Below are positions 18,967 to 28,441 of a stretch of DNA of 64,000 nt, one piece after another; the stretch's first letter is position 1, and every line of letters begins with the position of its first letter. The DNA is from Candidatus Eiseniibacteriota bacterium. GTDB lineage: Bacteria > Eisenbacteria > RBG-16-71-46. Location of the stretch: the NCBI GenBank assembly GCA_963717505.1, contig OY970342.1, forward strand, positions 2,432,001 through 2,496,000, written 5' to 3'. The notes beneath the pieces are model-generated. The model had not been told where the DNA came from, did not search any database, and was given only the letters and a program-made list of their open reading frames with translations. The position numbers were made by a program, and so were the translations under genes.

Positions 18967-21132
18967 ATGCGCCCCGACGACCTGCTGCAGTTCGTTTGGA
19001 TCGCCGACCCGCAGATCTCGCCGGACGGCAAGGCGGTTGCGTTCACGCACGTTTCGGTCGATCGCGAGCAGGACTCCTACCGGACGGCGCTGTGGCTCGC
19101 CGCCGCCGACCCGGCGCCCGGCGGGGCCGCGCCCGCGGCTCGGCCCCTGACCGCGGGGCCGCGCGATGCGCAACCTCGCTGGTCGCCGGATGGTTCGGCG
19201 ATCGTGTTCGTGCGCGCCGAGCAGGCGGGCAAGCCCGGTCAGCTGTGGCTGCTGCCCATGTCGGGCGGCGAAGCCCGCTGTCTCACGCGCCTCGAGCATG
19301 GAGCGTCGTCACCCTGCTGGTCGCCCGACGGGCGGAGGATCGCGTTCCTGAGCGGCACGAATCCCGAAAAGGATCAGCCCGCGAAGACCAAGCCCAAGAA
19401 CGAGCCGGCGCGCGTCGTGACCCGTCCCGAGTTCCGCTGGAACAACGAAGGCTTCGTGGATTGGGATCACCTGGACCACGTGTGGGTGCTCGACGTCGAC
19501 GAAGCGTTGTCCGGCATGGCGCTCCCGGCGCCGGCAGCGACCGAGGCCTCGAAGGCTGCAGATTCGAGCGCGACCGCCGGGGCCGGGACGGGAGGGGAAA
19601 CGGCCGGCACCCCCGCAATCTCCTCACCGGGAGCGCGCGCGCTCATTCGTGGCGACTACAAGGAAGGATCACTCGCGTGGTCACGCGACGGGGCATGGAT
19701 CCATTTCATATCGGACCGGCGTCCGGAGCCGTGGTTCGGCCTCGAGGACAGCGACCTCTTTGCGGTGAGCCCCGATCTCGCGGCACCCACCGACGGCGAC
19801 GGGCTGAAGACGGTGGTCGATTTCCCGGGAGTGATCACGGTCTACGCCGAGTCGGCCGACGGACGCTGGGCGGTGGTCGGCGGCCATCGGCCGGAACCGC
19901 GCTCCTACTACAAGAGCGACCTGCTGGTGTTCGAGGGCTCCGGCGCCACGGCCCGGAATCGCGTGCTGACCCAGGCCTGGGACGCGGACTTCGGCAGCGA
20001 CGACATCGCGGGCGATCAGCATCCGCCGCGCGGCGGCGGTATCAAGCCGCTGGTCTGGAGCCCCGACGGCAGGCACGTCTACGGCGTCGCGTGTCGTCAC
20101 GGCGCCGCGATGCTGGCTCGGGTCGACGCTCAGTCGGGGGTGGTGGAGGAGCTGACGCCGCCCGATCACGACCTGGTCTGCGGCAGTGCCACGCCCGACG
20201 CCACCCGCTTCGCGCTGACCCTCGGCGGGCTCGCCCGGCCCGGCGATCTCTATTTGTACGATTCCGCGCGCAAGGAGCTGCGCCGGCTATGGGCGCCCAA
20301 CGAAGCCCTGTTCGCCGAACGCCGGCTCGGCGAGATCGAGCCCTTCTGGTGCGACGCGTTCGACGGCAAGAAGCTCCACGGCTGGATCGTCAAGCCGCCC
20401 GACTTCGACGCGAGCAAGCGCTATCCGCTCATCCTCCAGATCCACGGCGGGCCGCACGTGGCCTACGGCTTCGGGTTCTTCCATGAGTTTCGCGTGCTGG
20501 CCGAAGCCGGTTACGTCGTGCTCTACATGAACCCACGCGGAAGCACGACGTACGGCCAGGAATTCGGCAACATCATCCAGTACCGCTATCCGGGCGACGA
20601 CTATCGCGACTTGATGAGCGCAGTCGACCATGTGATCGCGCGCGGCTACATCGACGAGAAACGCATGGGCGTGACCGGCGGCAGCGGTGGCGGGCTCTTG
20701 ACCAACTGGGTGATCGCGCACACTCACCGGTTCGCGGCCGCGATCACACAGCGCTGCGTCTCCGAGTGGATGACCATGTGGTACAGCTCGGACTTCGCCA
20801 TGTTCATGCCCTACTGGTTCCGCAAGGCGCCGTACGAGGATCCCGCCGAGTACGCTGCGCGCTCGCCGATCACGCTCGCCGACAAGATCGAGACCCCGCT
20901 GATGGTGATCCACAGCGAGGAGGACTGGCGGACGCCGATCGGTCAGGGCGAGGCGATGTTCCGCGCGCTGCTCGCACGCCGGAAGCCGGTGGTCATGGTG
21001 CGTTTCCCGGGCGAGAACCACGAGCTGTCGCGCAGCGGCACGCCGTCGCGCCGGGTGCAGAACCAGGAGCACATCCTGCGCTGGTTCGACCGCTGGCTCA
21101 TGGGGAAGCCCGCCCCCGAATACCGGGTGTAG
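18967..21132 (+). CDS. S9 family peptidase (dipeptidyl aminopeptidase/acylaminoacyl peptidase)
   Basis: WSPDG propeller repeats, IHGGPH, nucleophile GGSGGG, HSEEDWR, ENHELSR. Confidence 0.92.
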   Translation: MRPDDLLQFVWIADPQISPDGKAVAFTHVSVDREQDSYRTALWLAAADPAPGGAAPAARPLTAGPRDAQPRWSPDGSAIVFVRAEQAGKPGQLWLLPMSGGEARCLTRLEHGASSPCWSPDGRRIAFLSGTNPEKDQPAKTKPKNEPARVVTRPEFRWNNEGFVDWDHLDHVWVLDVDEALSGMALPAPAATEASKAADSSATAGAGTGGETAGTPAISSPGARALIRGDYKEGSLAWSRDGAWIHFISDRRPEPWFGLEDSDLFAVSPDLAAPTDGDGLKTVVDFPGVITVYAESADGRWAVVGGHRPEPRSYYKSDLLVFEGSGATARNRVLTQAWDADFGSDDIAGDQHPPRGGGIKPLVWSPDGRHVYGVACRHGAAMLARVDAQSGVVEELTPPDHDLVCGSATPDATRFALTLGGLARPGDLYLYDSARKELRRLWAPNEALFAERRLGEIEPFWCDAFDGKKLHGWIVKPPDFDASKRYPLILQIHGGPHVAYGFGFFHEFRVLAEAGYVVLYMNPRGSTTYGQEFGNIIQYRYPGDDYRDLMSAVDHVIARGYIDEKRMGVTGGSGGGLLTNWVIAHTHRFAAAITQRCVSEWMTMWYSSDFAMFMPYWFRKAPYEDPAEYAARSPITLADKIETPLMVIHSEEDWRTPIGQGEAMFRALLARRKPVVMVRFPGENHELSRSGTPSRRVQNQEHILRWFDRWLMGKPAPEYRV

Positions 21133-21225
21133 CCTGGTCCCTGGTACGCCGCTTGCGGTTCTGGCCGCGGCACGTCCCGCCGGTCGCCACCGCGTCCGGC
21201 CGAACTCCCAGCCGAGGAGGATCCG

Positions 21226-22038
21226 ATGTCCTTGTCCAGCATGGAGAAACCCGTGATCTGGGCGGCCCTACTCGCCGCCGTTTCGTTTGTAGCCGGGTGT
21301 GGAAAAAGTACAACTCCTGTCGCATCCCAGCAGCCCCCCGCGACCAGCGCGGTCACGCAGACCGCGGCCGACGACATCGCCGCCCAGGTTGGCGTCACCC
21401 TGGCCCGCGACTTTGGGCAGGGGCGGGGTGCGATCACTTCGCTGTCGCGGCCCGCACCCGGCGGAGCGCTCGCGGCCACCCAGGTCGTGACCGATTCGTC
21501 CTCGGGCAGCCTCAGCTACACCGTCGTGGTCACGTTCTACGACGCCAACGGGAACGAGCAGGAAACCTACGATCCCGAGACCACGGTGCGTCTGGCGATG
21601 GAACGCCGCGTGCGCGGCACGCTCGATTCGCCGGAACTCGAAGTCCGCATGGGCGGCCGCGCGACGCTCGACATCCACGGCATCGGTTTCCATCAGGACC
21701 GACTGACCACCAACGGCTCGTCCAAGGACACGCTCGATTCACGCTTTGCGGCGCGCAACGGCCACGCGTCGTCGACCTATCACCTGTCGAGCCAGGGTGC
21801 GTTGCTCGAAGTGGTCCAGCTGAAGCCGACCGAACAACACCCGTGGCCCCTGTCGGGAATGCTGACCATGGACGTCCTGGCGGATCGGCTCGACGTCAGC
21901 GACGCCGGCCGGGTCGAGGCGCGCTACGAGTCGCACTTGAAGGTCACGTTCAACGGCACCGCCTATCCCGAGATCGAATTCGAGGAGGGATGGCGGTATC
22001 GCGTGGATCTGCGCACCGGCGAGGTCGAGCGCGTCTGA
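21226..22038 (+). CDS. hypothetical lipoprotein
   Basis: GAGGAGG RBS; lipobox VAGC; beta-rich body. Confidence 0.65.
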   Translation: MSLSSMEKPVIWAALLAAVSFVAGCGKSTTPVASQQPPATSAVTQTAADDIAAQVGVTLARDFGQGRGAITSLSRPAPGGALAATQVVTDSSSGSLSYTVVVTFYDANGNEQETYDPETTVRLAMERRVRGTLDSPELEVRMGGRATLDIHGIGFHQDRLTTNGSSKDTLDSRFAARNGHASSTYHLSSQGALLEVVQLKPTEQHPWPLSGMLTMDVLADRLDVSDAGRVEARYESHLKVTFNGTAYPEIEFEEGWRYRVDLRTGEVERV

Positions 22039-22056
22039 CCCACGAAGGGAGGGCTC

Positions 22057-22500
22057 GTGAAACGCCTGCCCGTGACGGCGGTGATCGCCGCGGTGGTCTA
22101 CATCGCATCCTGGGTGACCCCGGTGTTGCATGACAAGGCTGGCGACGACGTCTTTGGCTGGGACGCGTTCCGGTTCGCGCTGATGCCGGTCTGGCCGTGG
22201 CGCGGAATGCCGGGCTTCAGGTCGATCCTGGATTTCGTCGGCGTGCTGAGCGCTATGACCAATGTTCTGGTGCCGCTGGCGATCGCTTGGCTGGCGTCGA
22301 CCCGGAAGCGCGGGCAACCCATCGTGTTCGCGACGCTGATCGCGGCTGCCGCCGTCAACACGGTCTGGACCTTCGACAAGGACGTGCGCGAGAGTCTGTT
22401 CGTCGGCTACTTCCTATGGTGGTCCTCGTTCGTGGTGCTCGCCGCCGCGACGCGTCCTAGAACATCGTATAGGTCAGTCCCAGCGCCAGTGTCTCCTTGA
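22057..22500 (+). CDS. hypothetical membrane protein
   Basis: GGGAGG RBS, about 4 hydrophobic segments. Confidence 0.6.
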   Translation: MKRLPVTAVIAAVVYIASWVTPVLHDKAGDDVFGWDAFRFALMPVWPWRGMPGFRSILDFVGVLSAMTNVLVPLAIAWLASTRKRGQPIVFATLIAAAAVNTVWTFDKDVRESLFVGYFLWWSSFVVLAAATRPRTSYRSVPAPVSP

Positions 22501-23470
22501 ACTGCCCTGCCTTCCGCACGTTCTTGTTGACCTCGTTGGTCAGGTCAGCGAACGGTAACGCCAGGTCGACGTTGGCCGCGGTGTCGAACTTGTCGTAGAT
22601 CAGTTGGGCATAGAGTACGACCTGCAGGTACTTGGTGATCTTGCTGGTGAACGTCGACTGCAGGTTGACGTCGGTCGACTTCCAGAAGTCGGCGACGCTC
22701 TCGTGCCCCGGATCCGCAGCCACGGCCAGCGCGTCATAGTCCTCGAGCGCTTCAGCCTTGGAGTAGAACACCGGCTGGAACACCAGCAGCTGGGCCTTGA
22801 ACTCGATCTTCTTGTCGAACATCGGCTGGACGACGTCAGTCTGCCACTCGAAGCCGCCGTCGTTCGCGGTGAACTGATCCTCGATCACCGCCTGCGTCGA
22901 GGAATCGAGCCTCAGGCCGCGCCCGAAGGTCTGGCGCGCGCCGAAGCCCAGGCGGGTGAGCAGTTCCGAGTCCTCGGTCTTGCGCAGCATGCGCGAGACG
23001 CCGGCCGCTTCCTTGAGCTTGACCGGATTCAAGGTCAGTGCGCCCAGGTCGCCGTAGCTCTCGTCGCGAAACTGCGATTCGGCGCGCAGCGACACGTAGG
23101 GATCGAACCGCCGCGGTCCGGTGAAGCGGGCGAGTGACTCGAACAGGATCTGGTCGGTCGACTTGTCGGGGTGATCCCAGGCCAGGTCGCCGTTGGCGTC
23201 GAGGTTCTGCTCGCTGGTCTGACCGAAGGCGACCTTCAAACTGTTCGCGAGATTGAAGCCGGGGTGGAACTGGCGTTCCGCGCCGAGGTCGAAGTTCAGC
23301 ACCCAAGCGATTTGGCCGCGGTCGCCGCCCGACCAGTTCTTGGTGTACGTACTCTGGGTCAGGTTGAGGGCGGAAGTGCCGGTGTACTTCCACGGGCCGG
23401 GTTCGACGACCTCCTGAGCACGAGCCACAACCGGGGCGAGCAAGAGCAGGAACAGCATCACGGCGCGCAT
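22457..23470 (-). CDS. outer-membrane beta-barrel protein (DUF3078-like)
   Basis: Signal peptide ending ARA; 'LNLTQSTYTKNWSGGD', 'DKSTDQI', C-terminal 'QFKETLALGLTYTMF'. Confidence 0.7.
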   Translation of the reverse strand: MRAVMLFLLLLAPVVARAQEVVEPGPWKYTGTSALNLTQSTYTKNWSGGDRGQIAWVLNFDLGAERQFHPGFNLANSLKVAFGQTSEQNLDANGDLAWDHPDKSTDQILFESLARFTGPRRFDPYVSLRAESQFRDESYGDLGALTLNPVKLKEAAGVSRMLRKTEDSELLTRLGFGARQTFGRGLRLDSSTQAVIEDQFTANDGGFEWQTDVVQPMFDKKIEFKAQLLVFQPVFYSKAEALEDYDALAVAADPGHESVADFWKSTDVNLQSTFTSKITKYLQVVLYAQLIYDKFDTAANVDLALPFADLTNEVNKNVRKAGQFKETLALGLTYTMF

Positions 23471-23566
23471 GACGTCTCCCTTGAGGTGTGTTTCCAGCGG
23501 GGAAAACATCGACCCGGTAGCCTGTGAAACCAGACCACCGGGTCGGCGACGATTTCGAATGCGACG

Positions 23567-26026
23567 CTACTTTACTAGGATCATTCGGGTCGAGCGAGCT
23601 TCCTGGGTGACACCGTTCCTGACCACCGCGCGGGCGAAGTAGACCCCGCTCGGCAGCGTGCGGCCCTGGGCGCGCAGTGCGAAGCGATGCGTGCCGGGTT
23701 CGTACCGGCCTTCGGCCAGACGAGCGACCTCACGCCCCGAGACGTCGTACGCGCGCATCGAAACCTCGGCAGCTTCCGGCAGATCGAGCGCCAGCTCGGC
23801 GCCGCGAGTGTAGAAGCGCAGCGCGCGCGGCGAGACGCGGTCGTCGACGTCGAGTGTGACCGGTTGGATCTGAACGGTGAACGTGGCCTCGTCGTAGATC
23901 GGCACCATCACCAGGCCCGCTCCCGGGTCAGCGCCGACGCACTCGACGAAGGCGCCCTCGTGCGAGCCGAACGCCATGACGCCAAAATCCTGGCCAGCGC
24001 CGGGATTGAAGCCCGCGCCGGTGGCGACCACCAGCCGCCCGTCGAGGTCCGCCGCACCCGAGACCGTGAGGTGACTGAACTGGCTGCCGTCGCTGGACAC
24101 CGCAATCCCGAGCTCGCCCTCGGGAAGCTGGAAGTAGTTGCCGTTGATCGCGAGTCCGGTGCCGGCGTCGGGGATCACGATGCCCGAGTTGTAGACGTCG
24201 GCGGTCACGGTGCCGCGTCCGCGTAGGGCGCCCAGAAGCATGAGCCCCTGGGGCACGGTGAGCGAACCGCCTTCGAGCGCCGTCTCGCCCGAGGTCTGGA
24301 GGTAGTCGGTCGCCGGATCCGCGATGAACGCGCCGCCGGTGGTGATCCTGTTCGTCCCCTCGATCGTGATCTGTGCGCCCTTGGCCCGGGTCGTCTTGCC
24401 GCTCTGGGTGATGAACACGGCGCCGGAACCAATCGTGACGTCTTCGAGAGTCGTTTCGCCGTGATTCCGGAACGAACCCGAGCCCGACCCGCTCAGAACG
24501 CCGCCGACGATCTTCGCCGTCGAGTTCCAGCCGAGCAGGACGTTGCCCTCGGCCACCAGCGTGCCGCCGGTGTTACGCACCGCCGAGCCCTGCTCGAAGC
24601 GCGCCTGGCCGGTCGCGGTGGTGGTCAGGGTGCCTTCATTCACGACGTCGACCGTCTTGACCCACAACGTGCCGCGCTTGACGTTCAGCACGTTCTCGTT
24701 CCGGATGCTTCGATCCTGGATCCATAGGACGCCGCCGGTGCAGTCGACGTCGAGCGTGCCCTGGTTGATCAGGTTGGCGGTGATCGTGCCACAGCCGCGA
24801 ATCGTGTGGCCGGCAGCGTTGGTCAACGGGTAGCCCCGCGGCGTGTTCAGCGTGCCGTTTTCGAGCTGCACCACGCCGCTCCCGGAAAACGCGACGCCGT
24901 TGGTCATGGTTCCGTCGGTGTTGATCTGGCCGGTCACCCGCACCAGGCCGTCGTTGATCAGCGAGCTGCCGGCCGCCATCAAGTCAATCTGGCCGTCGAC
25001 CAGGACCACGCCGTCGGCGGCGATGCGCAGGTTCTGCGGGGTCGCCTGCCACAGACGAACCACGCCGGTGCCGCTGGTCCGATGGACGGTGCCGTTGACC
25101 AATGCGTTCGAGCGGATGCGCAGGTCGCCGCCGTCCGACACCAACTCTCCGGTGGACAGGTTGTCGATCGTGCCCGAGTTGCCGAACGGCAAGTTGATCT
25201 CGAACGCGCCGCCGCCGGCGCCGGCGACGATCTCCCCCGAGTTCTTGACCAGCGGGAAGTCGATTTCCACCAGGCTGCTGTTCGTGACCCGCGTGGTCCC
25301 GGAGTTGAGCAGGTATTGCTTCACGCGCAACGTCTGGCCGGCGTCGGCGTGCAACAGTCCGTAGTTGTCGACCGGAACGATGATGGTTCCGGCGCCGCGG
25401 ACCGTGTGCTGATTGCCGTTGGTCAGCCAGAGCGTGGTCTGGGGCACTCCCAGTCCGCATGCCACGCGGCCGCCTTCGAGCAGCAGCGTGCCACTGCCGA
25501 TCAACACCGTGCTCGAAGTCAGGTGGAGCGCGTTCGTCAGCACCGGACCAATGACAATCGTACCGTCATTGGTGATGGTGCCCGCGGTGGTGATCGAGTC
25601 ACCCGGAGCGCAGCTCAGGATGCCGCCCCCCTGGTTGTGGAACTTCGAGCCGTCGAGCACGCCTCGGTATCGGACGACGGTTCCCGAGTTGTAGACATTG
25701 GTGATCGACGTGGTCGAGTAGCCGGCCAGATCGAGGGTAGCCCCACCAGCCAGCGTGAGCGCGTCGATCGACGGACTGGCATCGAGCGTCACCTGGTAGG
25801 CGCTGCCGAGCGTCGGCAGCACTGCGGTTTCGCCCACCGCATCGGGGACGTTGGCCGGATCCCAATTCCCCGGATCGGACCACACGCCACCCGCGGCGTT
25901 GGTCCAGGTGATCGTCACCGCGGCCGCGGTCGATGCTGCGATGGAACCGACACCCAGTGCCGCCAGGACGACGAGCGTGCACAGCCTCACGGGTGAGAGT
26001 GCCCTGGACGAGGACCGATCGGACAT
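23567..26026 (-). CDS. large secreted Gly/Thr/Asn-rich beta-helix-like protein with FlgD-Ig/T9SS-like C-terminal domain
   Basis: Signal peptide, WTNAAGGVWSDPGNW, repeated 'HTIRGxGTI', 'YFQLPEGELGI', C-terminal 'YDVSGREVARL..LPSGVYFAR..RMILVK'. Confidence 0.75.
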   Translation of the reverse strand: MSDRSSSRALSPVRLCTLVVLAALGVGSIAASTAAAVTITWTNAAGGVWSDPGNWDPANVPDAVGETAVLPTLGSAYQVTLDASPSIDALTLAGGATLDLAGYSTTSITNVYNSGTVVRYRGVLDGSKFHNQGGGILSCAPGDSITTAGTITNDGTIVIGPVLTNALHLTSSTVLIGSGTLLLEGGRVACGLGVPQTTLWLTNGNQHTVRGAGTIIVPVDNYGLLHADAGQTLRVKQYLLNSGTTRVTNSSLVEIDFPLVKNSGEIVAGAGGGAFEINLPFGNSGTIDNLSTGELVSDGGDLRIRSNALVNGTVHRTSGTGVVRLWQATPQNLRIAADGVVLVDGQIDLMAAGSSLINDGLVRVTGQINTDGTMTNGVAFSGSGVVQLENGTLNTPRGYPLTNAAGHTIRGCGTITANLINQGTLDVDCTGGVLWIQDRSIRNENVLNVKRGTLWVKTVDVVNEGTLTTTATGQARFEQGSAVRNTGGTLVAEGNVLLGWNSTAKIVGGVLSGSGSGSFRNHGETTLEDVTIGSGAVFITQSGKTTRAKGAQITIEGTNRITTGGAFIADPATDYLQTSGETALEGGSLTVPQGLMLLGALRGRGTVTADVYNSGIVIPDAGTGLAINGNYFQLPEGELGIAVSSDGSQFSHLTVSGAADLDGRLVVATGAGFNPGAGQDFGVMAFGSHEGAFVECVGADPGAGLVMVPIYDEATFTVQIQPVTLDVDDRVSPRALRFYTRGAELALDLPEAAEVSMRAYDVSGREVARLAEGRYEPGTHRFALRAQGRTLPSGVYFARAVVRNGVTQEARSTRMILVK

Positions 26027-26138
26027 GGACTGCCTCCAAGTCGCCGGGTCCCACGCACTCGCGCGTTCGCGTGGTGCGGGAACCGGGCCCTAGACAGTGG
26101 ATCGCGGATCGACGGGGGTCACGACCGCGAGGCCGTCG

Positions 26139-26167
26139 AGGATCGGGCTGGCATGGAGCAGTGTCAA
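26139..26167 (-). promoter_or_regulatory. putative sigma70 promoter for the secreted protein gene
   Basis: Minus strand TTGACA-N17-GATCCT; about 110-nt leader with hairpins and GGAGG RBS. Confidence 0.4.
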
Positions 26168-26267
26168 GAACTTGTCTTTGGACCGAGTGCTCGGCTATCT
26201 GGCCTTCAAACGTGCGATCCGTGCCGAGTGCGTCCGTCGCAATGGCGATTCGGTTGGAGACTTCGAC

Positions 26268-27764
26268 TCAGCGTCCGTAGCGGACGGTCAGCTCCGCGAG
26301 GCGCTCGGCGAGCGCATCGGTCAACGCATCGGCCGCAAACCGCCAACCCCAGTTGCCCTCCATGCGTCCCGGCAGGTTCATGCGGGCCTCGCTGCCGAGA
26401 TCGAGCACGTCCTGGACCGGCACCACCGAGAGGTCGGCGACCGAGGCGTGCGCCAGTCGAATCAGATCCCAAGTGATGTCACTGCCGTCGCGGCCGAGGT
26501 AGTGCCGCACGTGGTCGCGTTCGTCGGCGGTCGAGGACTGCTGGTACCAGCCGCGCGTCGTGTCGTTGTCGTGCGTGCCGGTGTAGACGACGCAGTTGCG
26601 CTCGTAGTTGTGCGGCAGGAACGGATTGCTCGGATCACCGGAGAACGCGAACTGCAGCACCTTCATGCCGGGGAAGCCGAGCGACTCGCGCAGCGCGGGG
26701 ACTTCCGGCGTCAGCTCGCCGAGATCCTCGGCGATGACCGGGAGCGGGCCCAGGGATCGGCCCATGGCGTCGAATACGGCGCGTCCGGGGCCAGGAACCC
26801 ACCGCCCGCGGATCGCGGTTTCCTCGTGCGCCGGGATCTCCCAGTAGGCCGCGAAGCCGCGGAAGTGGTCGATCCGCACCAGGTCCACGGTCGCGAGCAG
26901 CGACCGCATGCGCTCGATCCACCAACTGTAGCCCGAAGCCGCGAGCGCATCCCATCGATACAGCGGGTTGCCCCAGCGCTGGCCGGTGGGGCTGAAGTAG
27001 TCGGGCGGCACGCCGGCAATGACCGTCGGCCGGCCCTGGGCATCGAGCTCGAACAGCTCCGGGTGCGCCCAGACGTCGGCGCTGTCGTAGGCGACGAAGA
27101 TCGGCAGGTCGCCGAGGATCCGGATTCCCGACTCGTGGCAACGCGCACGGAGCGCCGACCATTGTCGCGCGAACAGGAATTGCTGGAAGTGATGGAACGC
27201 GATCGCGGTCGCCAGCTCTCGGCGCGCGCTGGCCATGGCGTCGGGCCGGCGCAGGGCCAGGGCCGGGTCCCATTCGCTCCACGACCTGGACTCGCGCTCG
27301 TGGATCGCCATGAACAGCGCAAAGTCCTCGAGCCACCCGGCCTGCGCCGCAACGAAGCCGTCGAACTCGCTGCCGAGCCGGCCGGGCCCAGCGCTGAAGC
27401 GCTCGAACGCCGCGCGCAGCACGCGACGCTGGAACGAGATCATCGCCCCGAAGTCGACGCGCTCCCGGGGAAACGCCGGCGCTCCGGCGAGGTCGGCCTC
27501 GCCCAGTAAGCCGTCCGCGACCAGCGCTTCGGGGCTGATCAGGTTCGGGTTGCCGGCGAAGGAGGAGAAAGGCTGGTAAGGGGAGTCGCCGAACCCTGTG
27601 GGCCCGAGCGGCAGCACCTGCCAGACCTTCTGCCGGGCGCGCGCGAGAAAACCGACGAACCGGTGCGCTTCGGGTCCGAGATTCCCGACACCGAACCGTC
27701 CGGGGAGCGAGGTCGGATGGAGGAGGACGCCGGCGGCGCGTGGGTGCGGCGAAGCGTCGATCAT
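26268..27764 (-). CDS. malQ: 4-alpha-glucanotransferase (amylomaltase, GH77)
   Basis: GVLLHPTSLP, WQVLPLGP, GVPPDYFS, RIDHFRGF, IAEDLG, YTGTHDN; start could be 27782 or 27764. Confidence 0.95.
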   Translation of the reverse strand: MIDASPHPRAAGVLLHPTSLPGRFGVGNLGPEAHRFVGFLARARQKVWQVLPLGPTGFGDSPYQPFSSFAGNPNLISPEALVADGLLGEADLAGAPAFPRERVDFGAMISFQRRVLRAAFERFSAGPGRLGSEFDGFVAAQAGWLEDFALFMAIHERESRSWSEWDPALALRRPDAMASARRELATAIAFHHFQQFLFARQWSALRARCHESGIRILGDLPIFVAYDSADVWAHPELFELDAQGRPTVIAGVPPDYFSPTGQRWGNPLYRWDALAASGYSWWIERMRSLLATVDLVRIDHFRGFAAYWEIPAHEETAIRGRWVPGPGRAVFDAMGRSLGPLPVIAEDLGELTPEVPALRESLGFPGMKVLQFAFSGDPSNPFLPHNYERNCVVYTGTHDNDTTRGWYQQSSTADERDHVRHYLGRDGSDITWDLIRLAHASVADLSVVPVQDVLDLGSEARMNLPGRMEGNWGWRFAADALTDALAERLAELTVRYGR

Positions 27765-27841
27765 CGGGCGGAAGCTAGACATACGCGCAGCCTTCGGCAA
27801 ACATGCCCGGCGCGTTCACCGCGGGGGACAGGAGGATTCCG

Positions 27842-28441
27842 ATGTCGGGCGATCGAGCGCTCATCGAGTTCGAAGCGGAGCGGGAGCGAGTCGCTCACGT
27901 GACGCGCCTGGGAATCGGCATGCCGATGGCCGGGTGTCTCTACTGGATTGCGGTCGGCTTCCTGCTCGGCGCGTTCAAGCCGGGGGCGGCGCTGGTCTAC
28001 TCGTTCGCGCTCACCGGCGTGGTGTTCCCGGTCGGATTCCTGCTCACCAAACTGGTGGGTGGCGACCTGTTCGCAAAGAGCGCGTCGCTGACCTCGCTCG
28101 GCATCATCCTGGCTGCGATCCAGCTGTTCTATTGGCCGGTGCTCATGGTCGTGTTCAGCCAGGCGCACGAATGGACGCCGTTCGTGCTCGCGGTCCTGTT
28201 CGGCTCGCACTTCCTGCCCTACCTGTGGCTCTACGCCAGCCGGGGGTACGCGGTCCTGGCGATCTCGACCTGCGTCGTGCCGACCATCGCCGTGATCGTT
28301 CGGCGCGATCCGCTCTACCACCACGTGCCGTGGATCGCCGCCGCCTGCTACGCGGTCGCGGTGTTCATCCTGTGGGGAGAGGTGCAGCGCCGGGCGGCAG
28401 CGCAGGCGCCTCAGGCGGCGAGCGTCTCGGCTTCGACGTAG
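27842..28441 (+). CDS. hypothetical multi-pass membrane protein (DUF7010-like)
   Basis: AGGAGG RBS; about 6 TM segments; 'GSHFLPYLWLYAS' motif. Confidence 0.7.
   Translation: MSGDRALIEFEAERERVAHVTRLGIGMPMAGCLYWIAVGFLLGAFKPGAALVYSFALTGVVFPVGFLLTKLVGGDLFAKSASLTSLGIILAAIQLFYWPVLMVVFSQAHEWTPFVLAVLFGSHFLPYLWLYASRGYAVLAISTCVVPTIAVIVRRDPLYHHVPWIAAACYAVAVFILWGEVQRRAAAQAPQAASVSAST

Noticed and set aside
22457-22500. Convergent gene overlaps (also 28411-28441 and 60975-61040) as regulatory features
   Set aside because: Short 3' overlaps are common in compact high-GC genomes where stop codons are rare
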